A DNA stretch of 64,000 nucleotides from Eggerthellaceae bacterium (lineage in GTDB: Bacteria > Actinomycetota > Coriobacteriia > Coriobacteriales > Eggerthellaceae). The position numbers were made by a program, and so were the translations under genes. This document shows positions 9,621 to 22,189 of the stretch, piece after piece; position 1 is the stretch's first letter, and every line of letters starts with the position of its first letter. The notes under the pieces are model-generated. The model had not been told where the DNA came from. It ran no database searches and was given only the letters and a program-made list of their open reading frames with translations. Location: contig JAFUCE010000049.1 in NCBI GenBank assembly GCA_017459805.1, positions 2,464 through 66,463 of the forward strand, read 5' to 3'.

Positions 9621-11558
9621 CTAGCGTACATAACGCTCTATCACATCCAGGGCAGCAATAATATTGCGCCGCGAAAGACTTCCCACCACACGCCCATCAC
9701 TGGTAACTGGCAACTTCTTGATGCGTTTTTCCGAAAGCAGCTTGAACGCATCTTCGGCTTCGGCACTTATCTCGATAGATTCCACACGCGTGGTAGCAAT
9801 ACGCATCACATCCAAGTCGAGCAAATCGCCCAAACGCTCGAGGAAGTCTTCACTTTCCACGAAGCGGAAATAGTTAAAACTATCTATATAGGCACCATCA
9901 GTCTTAGAAAGGTATTTCAAAATATCACCATCGGAAATGAAGCCACAAAGCTTGCCCGCTGCGTCCACAATAGGCAGACCGCTTGTTTCCGTTTCGCGCA
10001 AGAGCGCAATGGCATCGCGCACGCTCGCATCTGAACCCAACACCGGTGCCTGCGGGTTCATGACATCAGCCACGTACCACGGGCGGTCCACGCCAGGCAC
10101 TCCCGCAAGGTCAACCGAAGTACCCGCTTTGCCTTCCGAAGCGCCTGCAGCACCAGCTGTCTTTCGGTCGCGCACGAAGATAAAGATGGTCGCCGTTACC
10201 CCAAGTAGGATGACACACATACCCACAAAGGCAAGGTGAGTCCCCGTATTGGTGACTTCAACGGCGCTCGCCCCTGCAGGCGCGAAATGGGGCGCAAGAC
10301 CGGTAAGACTAACGATAAATGCCGTACCAAAAGCAACGCCTACCTGCATAAAAGTTGAATACACCGCATTGCCATGCTGAAGCACGCTATTGTCCAGCGA
10401 ATTCATGCCCCAGGTATCCATAGGAGTAATCAAAAACTGGATGCCGATGGAAAGCACGGTGTAGACCACAGCCACCCAAATGATGTTGGTGTCCACGCCA
10501 AAGAACACCACGGCAACTGACATGAGCGCCATCGTGCTTGATCCGCCCAGCACCAAACCACGCACCCCATAGCGGTCGAACAAGCGCCCTGCCAACAGGC
10601 TACATCCTGCCCCCAAGACTGCACCGGGCAGCATACTAAGCCCCGTAACCGTTGCGCTGTGTCCAAGCACATTCTGAATGTAAATTGGCAGCACAACGCC
10701 CGACCCAACCAAAGCAGCTTCAAGAAAAGCAACAATCAAAACCGTGGTGCGGAAGTTACGCGTGACAAGCGTTTGCACCCGCAGCACTGGCGTTTCCATA
10801 TGGAGCTGGCGATAGGTAAAGGCAGCCAACACCACCACACCGATTACAATCAGAACCACGGGAATGGCAATGTTTGCACTGCTCGTAGAAACCGAAATAC
10901 CATAAAGAAGGCTTACCATACCGAAAGCCATCAGCGCCACCGAAGGCAAGTCGAAAGGCACTTCTTCAAAGCCTTCGAAATTTTCAAGCGCCTTGTAAGC
11001 AAACAGCACAAGCCCCGCGGAAAGCACGGCCACAATAACAAAAAGGAAGCGCCAGCCCACGCTATCCACCAATACGCCCGAAAGGCTGGGGCCCACGGCG
11101 GGGGCAAAACTAATAATAAGGCTCACGATGCCCATGCCTGCCCCGCGGTGTTCACGCGGGAAAATAAGGAGCACGAGCGTAAATACCATAGGCATAACCA
11201 CACCCGTGGCAGAGGCCTGTAACATGCGCCCGAGCAACAAGAGGGGGAAATTCGGCGCGAGAGCTGCAACAGCACTCGCAAGTGCAAATAATGCAATGCC
11301 GCCCACAAACAACTTTCGCGTGGAAAAACGCCCCAGCAAGTACGCGTTTAAGGGAATGACCACGGCTTCAACCAGGGCATAACCGCTGGTCAACCATTGA
11401 ACAGTGGTCGCATTGACGTTCAAGTCCGCCATAATGGCAGGCAGGGCAGGCGAAAGCAGGGTCTGGTTAAGCACCACCAAAAGCGCGCCTATCATGAGCA
11501 CGACTATCATCATTTTTTGTTGGCGAGTTAAACCCACGTAAGCTCCATGCTTTAGCAC
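9621..11558 (-). CDS. MFS transporter (DHA2-like, ~14 TM) fused to a C-terminal CBS-domain pair
   Basis: The N-terminal two thirds are hydrophobic with the MFS N-terminus LTRQQKMMIVVLMIGALLVVLNQTLLSPALPAI. The C-terminal ~150 aa show tandem CBS-like modules (VMNPQAPVLGSDASVRDAIALLRETETSGLPIVD..., VMRIATTRVESI...IKKLPVTSDGRVVGSLSRRNII). The start is uncertain: GTG 11558, or GTG 11537 preceded by GGAG. Confidence 0.85.
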   Translation of the reverse strand: MLKHGAYVGLTRQQKMMIVVLMIGALLVVLNQTLLSPALPAIMADLNVNATTVQWLTSGYALVEAVVIPLNAYLLGRFSTRKLFVGGIALFALASAVAALAPNFPLLLLGRMLQASATGVVMPMVFTLVLLIFPREHRGAGMGIVSLIISFAPAVGPSLSGVLVDSVGWRFLFVIVAVLSAGLVLFAYKALENFEGFEEVPFDLPSVALMAFGMVSLLYGISVSTSSANIAIPVVLIVIGVVVLAAFTYRQLHMETPVLRVQTLVTRNFRTTVLIVAFLEAALVGSGVVLPIYIQNVLGHSATVTGLSMLPGAVLGAGCSLLAGRLFDRYGVRGLVLGGSSTMALMSVAVVFFGVDTNIIWVAVVYTVLSIGIQFLITPMDTWGMNSLDNSVLQHGNAVYSTFMQVGVAFGTAFIVSLTGLAPHFAPAGASAVEVTNTGTHLAFVGMCVILLGVTATIFIFVRDRKTAGAAGASEGKAGTSVDLAGVPGVDRPWYVADVMNPQAPVLGSDASVRDAIALLRETETSGLPIVDAAGKLCGFISDGDILKYLSKTDGAYIDSFNYFRFVESEDFLERLGDLLDLDVMRIATTRVESIEISAEAEDAFKLLSEKRIKKLPVTSDGRVVGSLSRRNIIAALDVIERYVR

Positions 11559-11805
11559 TGTCTACATAAAAGGAGCGCCCTGCCGAGCGCCACATTAGGT
11601 ATCGTCTAGGTATCCTAGCAAGGAATACTTCCGCACGTAAGAACATATAAAAGAAGTTGATAGAGTCCACACATTGGCTCTTGGGCCCCAAACGGGCGAC
11701 CCGTCTCGCTCGATACGATACAATACGGTATACATTCTCGTGTAGCTAACTGCATTTCACGTGCGGCTATGCGCCTTTCACGAGCGTACACAACAGGAGC
11801 TTGCC

Positions 11806-12951
11806 ATGTCGAAGCATTCCTACGCAACATACCAGTCTTCGATTATCACGAAGCCGAAGCGTGGCGCAGGACGCATCCTTGGTCGTATTTTTGGCACGCT
11901 GCTTTTCCTTATAGTCTTTGGCGCTGTATGCTTGCTGGCATTTCTCACCCTTACCGAATACCAACCTGCGGCAAGTGAACAACTTGAAATTGGCGGGAAA
12001 ACGCTACGCACGCTTAGCACCGACGAAGAAATGACAATCCTTACCTGGAATATTGGTTACGGCGGCCTAAGCGACCAAACCGACTTTATCATGGACGGCG
12101 GCAAGGATGTCATCGGTTCGAGCGAAGAACGCGTCAAACAAAACATGAAGGATATTATTGCCGAAGCACAAGGCCTCGAACCTGACATTGCTCTGTTCCA
12201 GGAAGTAGACATCGACTCTTGGCGAAGCTATGGCATCAATGAAGCACGCATGCTGACCAATAGCCTTCCCAACACGAACAGCGCCTTTGCCTACAATTAC
12301 AAGACCGCTTTCGTCCCCATTGGAATACCGCCGTATGGCAAAATTGAAAGCGGCATCCAAACTATAAGCTCCTTCCCTATTAATAGTGCGGTACGCAGTT
12401 CGCTTCCTCAGTCGGATGGCTGGCCCCTAAGCACGGTCTTTCTTAAGCGTGCGCAGCTTATTACTCGCATTCCCGTGGAAGGCAGCCGGCATGAACTGGT
12501 TATTATCAACGAACATCCCGATGCCTACGTCAGCGAAGAAATCCACCGCAAGCAGATGGACGCCATCATCGAAACCTTGCAGAAGGAAGCCAGCAAAGGA
12601 AACTGGGTTATTGCGGGCGGCGACTGGAATCATCATTTTTCAAGCATAGATGTCTCGAACTATCCCCTTCTCCGTGAAGACAGCTGGCAGCCTGGCCATA
12701 TTGATGTCAAAGAATTTGGCGAGGGCTGGCAATTTGTCATGGACAACACAACGCCCACAAGCCGGCTTCTTGATGCACCTATCTCTGACGAGGCGGGCAA
12801 TCCCACACGCGAAGTATTCCAGGGTTACATGATTGATGGCTTTATTGTTTCAAGCAATGTGCGTGTAGAGTCGGTTGAAACCCGTAATTTGCGCTTTAAG
12901 GCAAGCGATCATAATCCTGTGGTAATAAAAGTGTTGCTCGAAAAAGACTAG
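11806..12951 (+). CDS. membrane-anchored endonuclease/exonuclease/phosphatase (EEP) family protein
   Basis: Track ORF 11761-12951. Start moved to ATG 11806, preceded by ACAGGAG. N-terminal TM helix. EEP motifs ILTWNIGYGG, ALFQEVD and SDHNPVV. Confidence 0.75.
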   Translation: MSKHSYATYQSSIITKPKRGAGRILGRIFGTLLFLIVFGAVCLLAFLTLTEYQPAASEQLEIGGKTLRTLSTDEEMTILTWNIGYGGLSDQTDFIMDGGKDVIGSSEERVKQNMKDIIAEAQGLEPDIALFQEVDIDSWRSYGINEARMLTNSLPNTNSAFAYNYKTAFVPIGIPPYGKIESGIQTISSFPINSAVRSSLPQSDGWPLSTVFLKRAQLITRIPVEGSRHELVIINEHPDAYVSEEIHRKQMDAIIETLQKEASKGNWVIAGGDWNHHFSSIDVSNYPLLREDSWQPGHIDVKEFGEGWQFVMDNTTPTSRLLDAPISDEAGNPTREVFQGYMIDGFIVSSNVRVESVETRNLRFKASDHNPVVIKVLLEKD

Positions 12952-13024
12952 ACAGCAGCGTTTAAAGCTCCATAATATTCAAAAGCAATTTACACACGTA
13001 GAAGGTTAAACAGGTTTAAGCCAA

Positions 13025-15085
13025 ATGATATGCCCTCATTGCGGACAGGAAACCGCCGACAATTCAATACGTTGCGATAACTGCGGTCAGGCCTTGCATA
13101 CGGGGGTTAATTGGGGCGTACGCAAACCCAGCAATGCCTATCACGCGCAGTATAGTTCCGACACCGAAAAGCTTACCAATTATGTCGCGGTCACACCGGC
13201 GCTTAAAAAAGCAAAGCCTCAGGGTCTCAAAATTGCAGCTGGTATTGCTGCGGCGGTCTTGGTAGCCATTGTTGGTTTCGCTGGTTTTACGGCAGCGCAA
13301 AACACCAGAAACAGCTTGGAAAGCAGCGCCAGTTTCATCGCTCACGAAGAGCGCCTGCATGATGTCATTCTTTCCGTTGACGCCCCCGATCTTGACGACG
13401 CGGGCAGCCTCATCCCTCTACAAATTACTGGTGCCGACTCGGGCAATAACGCCTACGAGGCGCTGGTCTACATCAAGCCCGATGGTACAGGCATTTCTCT
13501 TCCTGCAGGCAACTATGGTGTGCACCCCGTGGCGTCCCCAATTACGGCACATGGCGGACTGTTTACCTACAGTGATGCCAACAAATGGTTCAATATAGAC
13601 CCCGAACTTGAAGAAGGCGCAGTCGTCGATGCGAGCGCCGATGTTCAGCTGGTGTTTGAGCCAGCCGACCCTGCTGCCATCACCGAAGACGCCATTGCTG
13701 CTGCCAAAAAATACGCCACTGAAGGCGGTGGCAAAACCGCCGAAGAAGTGGATGGGCTTCTTGCGGGAATTCAAGACGCCATTGCTGCAGCTAAGCGCGG
13801 CGGCCCCTTCTCGAATGTGCAGACCTACCGCGGGCGGACCTACGCAGGCGACATACGCACCAACACAGGCTATATACCGGTATCGGGCGTTCCTGACATC
13901 TACCCAATTATTACCCGTACTGACTGTTTCCTGTTTACGGGCAATATGCTCTATTACGCCGACAATTCCCCCAACAACACGGGCAGCAGTATCGCCCTTC
14001 ACAGCCGCAATATGTCTACGGGACAAGAAAGCGTTATTGCTACCGACCTTTCAAGCCAGACCAGGCCGCAGTATACCGATGGTCGCATTATCTATACGGC
14101 CACCACCTGGGGAAGTGCAATCACGGTTATCGATACTGGTTCGGGCGAATCGTGGTCTCTGAGCGAAAGACTTCCTGGTGGGTTTAGCAAACTTGTAGGG
14201 GCACGCGATGGTGCAGCTTATGTGGCAACAGCGGATGACAGCATGCCGCAAATCTGTGTCGCACCCCTCGGTGAAGGCGAGCAAAACATCGTGAGCTTTG
14301 GCGAAGAGCCAGGCACGGTGTATGGCATCTTTGACGACACGGTGCTCGTTACCGTTTCAGGCTGGGACCAGAGTAAAGTTGTTGGCTATTCGCTTACTGG
14401 TGAATACCTGTGGCACCAAGATGTTGAAGGTAACACACAGCTCAGCAATACGAACTATACCTACAACGAAGGTATCCTCTGTGCGGTGAGCAGCGGCGGA
14501 AAAGCTATTGTCCGCGTTGACATGAAGGATGGCAGCAACCGCGTCTTCGACAGCAACGTAGCCTATCTTTTCAGCGTCATGTATCCGCGCGGAAACAGCA
14601 TCTACTTTGCGGGGAGCGACCGCTACGCAAACTACGATGACCAAGGCACAGCCATGGCAACCTATACGACCTACGAAATCAATGCCGAAAGCGGTGAAAT
14701 TGCGGACCTGGGTTCCTACGAAGCACCCCAAGATGAAGACCTTGCTGCGCAGCAGAACAATATGTATTGGAACAACTCGAACTACTGGGGCTACACGGGC
14801 ACTGGCACCGACACCACGAACACCTGGGGCTATACGGGCGACGGAACAGCTGGCACGGGCACCGACGGCACCGCAAACACCTGGGGCTACACGGGTACTG
14901 ACACTACAAATACCTGGGGTTACACCGGCACCGACACCACGAACACCTGGGGCTACACTGGCACTGACGGCACGGCGGGTGGATACGGCACCAACCCCTA
15001 TGCAGGTGACTGGGACGCCAATGGAGGCTATGTAGGTGGTGGCATGGGTGGCTATGACGCCACGGGCAACTACGTCAGCCAGTAG
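13025..15085 (+). CDS. zinc-ribbon membrane protein with large extracellular domain and C-terminal WGYTGTD repeats
   Basis: N-terminal CPHCGQ...CDNCGQ zinc ribbon, one TM helix (IAAGIAAAVLVAIVGFAGF) and a ~450-aa domain of unrecognised family. The Gly/Thr/Tyr-rich tail carries five copies of NTWGYTGTD. Confidence 0.75.
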   Translation: MICPHCGQETADNSIRCDNCGQALHTGVNWGVRKPSNAYHAQYSSDTEKLTNYVAVTPALKKAKPQGLKIAAGIAAAVLVAIVGFAGFTAAQNTRNSLESSASFIAHEERLHDVILSVDAPDLDDAGSLIPLQITGADSGNNAYEALVYIKPDGTGISLPAGNYGVHPVASPITAHGGLFTYSDANKWFNIDPELEEGAVVDASADVQLVFEPADPAAITEDAIAAAKKYATEGGGKTAEEVDGLLAGIQDAIAAAKRGGPFSNVQTYRGRTYAGDIRTNTGYIPVSGVPDIYPIITRTDCFLFTGNMLYYADNSPNNTGSSIALHSRNMSTGQESVIATDLSSQTRPQYTDGRIIYTATTWGSAITVIDTGSGESWSLSERLPGGFSKLVGARDGAAYVATADDSMPQICVAPLGEGEQNIVSFGEEPGTVYGIFDDTVLVTVSGWDQSKVVGYSLTGEYLWHQDVEGNTQLSNTNYTYNEGILCAVSSGGKAIVRVDMKDGSNRVFDSNVAYLFSVMYPRGNSIYFAGSDRYANYDDQGTAMATYTTYEINAESGEIADLGSYEAPQDEDLAAQQNNMYWNNSNYWGYTGTGTDTTNTWGYTGDGTAGTGTDGTANTWGYTGTDTTNTWGYTGTDTTNTWGYTGTDGTAGGYGTNPYAGDWDANGGYVGGGMGGYDATGNYVSQ
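14786..14970 (+). repeat. in-frame imperfect tandem repeat encoding (T)NTWGYTG(T/D)G/D units
   Basis: TGGGGCTACACGGG-type cores recur five to six times between 14786 and 14970 at variable 33-48 nt spacing. Confidence 0.8.
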
Positions 15086-15156
15086 TAAAACGCTTATTGG
15101 GCTTTCTGGCCCCTATCTTACTGACCACTACCTTGTTGGCCCCTTTTTTGTTGGCC

Positions 15157-15519
15157 CTACCCCAAAGTCTTTGTAGCAACGATAGCAACGCCCGTGTTAG
15201 CGGCATTTTCGATAAGCGTTTGTCCAGCCTGAATAGGGGCTTTTAAACTCAAGTCGCGAATCTCTTCCATCACGTCAAAAATCTTTGCTTTTGGAATGGG
15301 TCGTGCTGTCTTGACGCTTAAGGGTTCAAGCACTCCTTCAACCCACACCACCGCGCTAATATTGCGCTCGGGGTTGACGGCCTCCTGTTTGGCGTATTCG
15401 ATGCCGCGGTTACAGGTATGCCCAGAAACGTCCTCCACTTCGCCAGCTGCGTTGAGGCGCACCTCAAGCATGCAGCCCATGGGGCAACTGACGCAGGTGA
15501 AATATTTAACTTCAGCCAT
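15157..15519 (-). CDS. DUF1667 domain protein (small Cys-rich subunit associated with GlpA-like FAD oxidoreductases)
   Basis: Track ORF 15157-15540. Start moved to ATG 15517-15519 (MAEVKYFTCVSCPMGCMLEV...), which overlaps the upstream stop by 8 nt (ATGGCTGA). Confidence 0.8.
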   Translation of the reverse strand: MAEVKYFTCVSCPMGCMLEVRLNAAGEVEDVSGHTCNRGIEYAKQEAVNPERNISAVVWVEGVLEPLSVKTARPIPKAKIFDVMEEIRDLSLKAPIQAGQTLIENAANTGVAIVATKTLG

Positions 15520-18331
15520 TGCTTTGCACCCCCTCTGCATGCACCGAAATACGCTCTATAGTGGCAAGATCATCAAGCTTAATGGTCATCTGTTCCATTT
15601 CGGCTGGCACCGCAATACGCGCTTTCTTACGTTTTAGTTCAAGCGTATCGCCTGCGGCCGTAATACCTTGAATCTCAAAGCTTGGCTTTTCAAGGGGTTT
15701 GCGCACGCGGAAGAACAGTGTCACTTCACCACCTGCTTCGATACTTGCCCGCAAAATGCGCTGAGGCACCACATAGCTCACCCCATTGCCTGCTTCAACG
15801 GCAATATCGGACGAAGCAGCTCGTGTGCCGCCCTTGCCCAAGGCATAAGCTGCGGCCGCAAGCCCAGCGCGGTCGCCTTCAGCTGACGCGAAGTCAACCA
15901 CATCATGTACATGCAAGGCGTTACCGCAGGCAAAAATCCCGGGTACATTAGTCGCAAGCGTATCATCAACTATGGCACCACCCGTTGCCGAAGACACTTC
16001 GACGCCCGCCGTTTTGGCCACTTCATTTTCAGGAAGCAAGCCAATGGAAAGCAGGAGCGTGTCGCACTCTATGCGCTCTTCCGTACCTGGAATAGGAGCG
16101 CGCGTGCCAAGTTCAGCGTCGGCTATCCACACAGCCTCAAGGCGCTTCTCTCCTTCGAGGCGTACCACGGTCTTAGAAAGCAGCAGCGGAATATCGTAGT
16201 CGTCCAAACACTGCACGATATTTCGACGCAAGCCAGCAGGCCACGGGCTTGTCCCCAGTACGCAAAGCACTTCGGCACCTTGCAGGGTCAAGCGGCGCGC
16301 CATAATAAGACCGACGTCGCCTGTGCCTTGAATAACAATGCGCCTTCCTGGCAAGCAGCCTTGAAGGTTCATAAAGTTCTGGGCGCTCCCGGCGGAAAAC
16401 ACACCTGCGGGGCGCGTGCCCGCAATATTGATTGAACCCGAACCGCGCTCGCGCGAACCCGTGGAAAGCACGACGGCCTTTGCCGCTATTTCGCGCAAGC
16501 CTTCTTTGTTGCTTGCCACCACCGTATGAGCCCCGCCCGCTTCGGCGGCCGCATCTATGCGCAAAACGCTCGTGTTAAGCAAGAGCTCAACCGCGTCATT
16601 AAGGCTGCCAAGCTCACGTGCGGCATATTCAGGACCAGTCAGTTCTTCGGCAAAACGATGAAGACCGAAGCCACTGTGGACGCATTGCTTGAGGATGCCG
16701 CCCAGTTGTGCTTCGCGGTCGATAAGCAATACGCGCTTCGCTCCTGCCTGTGCCGCCGCATTCGCAGCCGCGATGCCCGCCGCGCCACCACCAACGACAA
16801 CAGCATCGTAAATGGCATTCTGACCAGCGATTTCTGACTGTGCCAGGCCTTCAGGGGCCTCTGCTTTCTTGGCAGCTACATAGTCAATGTAGTCACTGCG
16901 CGCTTCCACCACCAGGGGTGAGTTGGCTCCTCTACGGTCAACCTGAGTGGGCTCAAGCCCCGTCTCGCGCACAAAAATCTTCATGAGTTCGGGGCTGCAG
17001 AAACCACCGTGGCAACGACCCATCATGGCCCCACAACGCCACTTGAGCGCATCAAGCGACAGGCATGGCAGTGGACCGTGAAGTACGTCAACGATGTCGG
17101 CCTCAGACACCGTGCAGCAACGGCAGACCAGATGTCCTTCAGCTGGGTTAGCAGCAATGGCGGCCTCCCGTGCTTCGTCGTCCATCATGGCGAAAAGCAT
17201 CTTAGGCTTATTGTGCGGGTTGAAGTCGGCGCGCGGCTGGGCACCAAGGAAGGCAGCAATTTGCACGCCCAAGTCCTCCGCCACCGCAGGAGCACTTGTA
17301 AGACCAGGAGACTCAAAACAAGCGATATTAAAAAAGCCTGGGGCGTCGTCGGGCTCACCGATTTCGAAGTCGCCCGTATTACCCGTCGCACGCAGACCAG
17401 CAAAGTTCGTAATAACACCACGCATAGAACAATCAGGCCAGGTCTTTTTTGCCGCCTCGAGTATTTCTTCAAGCCCGCTACGTTCCGTCGCAAGGCTCGA
17501 CTTTGAATCCTGGGCATGAGCGTTGGGGCCAATAAGCAAATTGCCATGAATCGTTGGCGAAACCAAAACACCCTTACCATTTGCCGTGGGTGCTTGAAAC
17601 ATCGTGTGTGTAAACAAGGGGCCATAGTCGGTGTCGAGCAAGCAATAATCGCCGCGGCGCGCCGTAATTTCGAGCTTACGCTTACTTACCATATTATTGA
17701 TTTCGTCAGCATAAACGCCGGCAGCATTGACGATTGCACGGGCATGCAAAACACTGCCCTGCTCGAGCACAACGCGGAATGCGTCGCCCTCTTTTTCGAC
17801 GGAAGCAACCCGTGCATTGAATTCAAAGGTTACCCCGTTTTGTGCGGCGTTTTCACCGGCGCGGAGGGCCACATGGTAGGGGTCGCAAATACCACCCGTG
17901 GGCGCCAGTAGGGCACCTAATGCTTCGTGGGAAACGTTGGGCTCCAGCTCAAACAATTCATCGCGGCTCAGTTCACGCACGCCCTCGATACCGTTTTCGT
18001 GGCCACGCGCGACCAAATCGCGCACGGTGGCCAACTCCTCTTCCGAATAGGCAACAACGAGCGAGCCGTTGTTAATAATGGGGAAGCCCAACTCATTGGA
18101 CCATTGTGGGTAGAGCTCAGACCCGCGTTTGTTGTAGCGCGCCTTCGCCGAGCCCGGCTTCGGGTCAAAGCCTGCATGAATAATGCCGGAATTAGCACGC
18201 GTTGCACCGCTGCAAATGTCGTTGCCCGCCTCAAGCACCACGATAGATGCGTCCCAGCGCGCCAACTCACGTGCCACACAGCAGCCTGCTACACCAGCAC
18301 CAATAACAATAATGTCGTAGTCTGTCTGCAT
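15512..18331 (-). CDS. fused FAD-dependent oxidoreductase: GlpA-like glycerol-3-phosphate-dehydrogenase-type domain with BFD-like [2Fe-2S] module + pyridine nucleotide-disulfide oxidoreductase domain
   Basis: 939 aa with two dinucleotide-binding motifs (DIIVIGAGVAGC near the N-terminus, DAVVVGGGAAGIAAA near residue 510). A BFD-like Cys motif (CRCCTVSEADIVDV) sits between them. These are usually two separate genes upstream of a DUF1667 gene. Confidence 0.85.
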   Translation of the reverse strand: MQTDYDIIVIGAGVAGCCVARELARWDASIVVLEAGNDICSGATRANSGIIHAGFDPKPGSAKARYNKRGSELYPQWSNELGFPIINNGSLVVAYSEEELATVRDLVARGHENGIEGVRELSRDELFELEPNVSHEALGALLAPTGGICDPYHVALRAGENAAQNGVTFEFNARVASVEKEGDAFRVVLEQGSVLHARAIVNAAGVYADEINNMVSKRKLEITARRGDYCLLDTDYGPLFTHTMFQAPTANGKGVLVSPTIHGNLLIGPNAHAQDSKSSLATERSGLEEILEAAKKTWPDCSMRGVITNFAGLRATGNTGDFEIGEPDDAPGFFNIACFESPGLTSAPAVAEDLGVQIAAFLGAQPRADFNPHNKPKMLFAMMDDEAREAAIAANPAEGHLVCRCCTVSEADIVDVLHGPLPCLSLDALKWRCGAMMGRCHGGFCSPELMKIFVRETGLEPTQVDRRGANSPLVVEARSDYIDYVAAKKAEAPEGLAQSEIAGQNAIYDAVVVGGGAAGIAAANAAAQAGAKRVLLIDREAQLGGILKQCVHSGFGLHRFAEELTGPEYAARELGSLNDAVELLLNTSVLRIDAAAEAGGAHTVVASNKEGLREIAAKAVVLSTGSRERGSGSINIAGTRPAGVFSAGSAQNFMNLQGCLPGRRIVIQGTGDVGLIMARRLTLQGAEVLCVLGTSPWPAGLRRNIVQCLDDYDIPLLLSKTVVRLEGEKRLEAVWIADAELGTRAPIPGTEERIECDTLLLSIGLLPENEVAKTAGVEVSSATGGAIVDDTLATNVPGIFACGNALHVHDVVDFASAEGDRAGLAAAAYALGKGGTRAASSDIAVEAGNGVSYVVPQRILRASIEAGGEVTLFFRVRKPLEKPSFEIQGITAAGDTLELKRKKARIAVPAEMEQMTIKLDDLATIERISVHAEGVQSNG

Positions 18332-18336
18332 AAGTC

Positions 18337-21573
<3,237 letters not shown>

Positions 21574-21660
21574 TGCGCGCTACCCTTCTCTTCAGCTTTC
21601 AACTCTTCCTATTATATGGGTGTCTCATTAAGGGACGAAGCCAAAAATGAAACAAGTGCT

Positions 21661-21688
21661 AAAAAAATGCCCCGTAAAAACGGGGCAC
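21661..21688 (-). terminator. rho-independent terminator after the YegP-like gene
   Basis: On the minus strand GCCCCG-TTTTTA-CGGGGC is followed by ATTTTTTT, 5 nt after the stop at 21692. Confidence 0.8.
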
Positions 21689-21691
21689 CCT

Positions 21692-22060
21692 CTAAACGCT
21701 AACTTCAACAGGACCAGTGCAATTCTTACGAACCGAAGCAATGCCGTTCAGGCAACTCTTCTTGGCCTTGTAGCCTTCGCCGCTTGCAATAATCTGGCCG
21801 TTAACCGCCTTGAGGCGGAAACGGAACTCACCTTTACGGTCCAAGTACACCTCGAACTTCGGGTTGTGTTCGTGAGCAAAGCCCTTGGCAGTTTGGTCTT
21901 CCAGGGCAGCAATGGGGGCATTCTTCTGAATGCTACGGATGCCATTCTTGCAGCTTGCCATTGATGCATAAACCTGCGACGTAACAATGACTTCACCATT
22001 ACCAGCCTTAAGGTCAAACTTCACGCCACCTTTGGCGGGCTTGATAACGAACTTTCCCAT
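21692..22060 (-). CDS. YegP-family protein (tandem DUF1508 domains)
   Basis: Track ORF 21692-22135. Start moved to ATG 22058-22060 (MGKFVIKPAKGG...), preceded by AAAGGAG. Two repeats: KF.I....G.KF.LKA.NGE.I..S..Y.S...C.NGI.S..KN and KFEVYLDRKGEFRFRLKAVNGQIIASGEGYKAKKSCLNGIASVRKN. Confidence 0.8.
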   Translation of the reverse strand: MGKFVIKPAKGGVKFDLKAGNGEVIVTSQVYASMASCKNGIRSIQKNAPIAALEDQTAKGFAHEHNPKFEVYLDRKGEFRFRLKAVNGQIIASGEGYKAKKSCLNGIASVRKNCTGPVEVSV

Positions 22061-22189
22061 ACTCATCTCCTTTTTAGAGGGAGTTTCAAAAATGCAGCTT
22101 GTCCATAATAACGCCTTTTGAACAAAAGAATGCAAAAGAAAAGAATCTCTTCACGTATAGAAAAGGCAAAAGGGTAGAAACGCGGGCGC

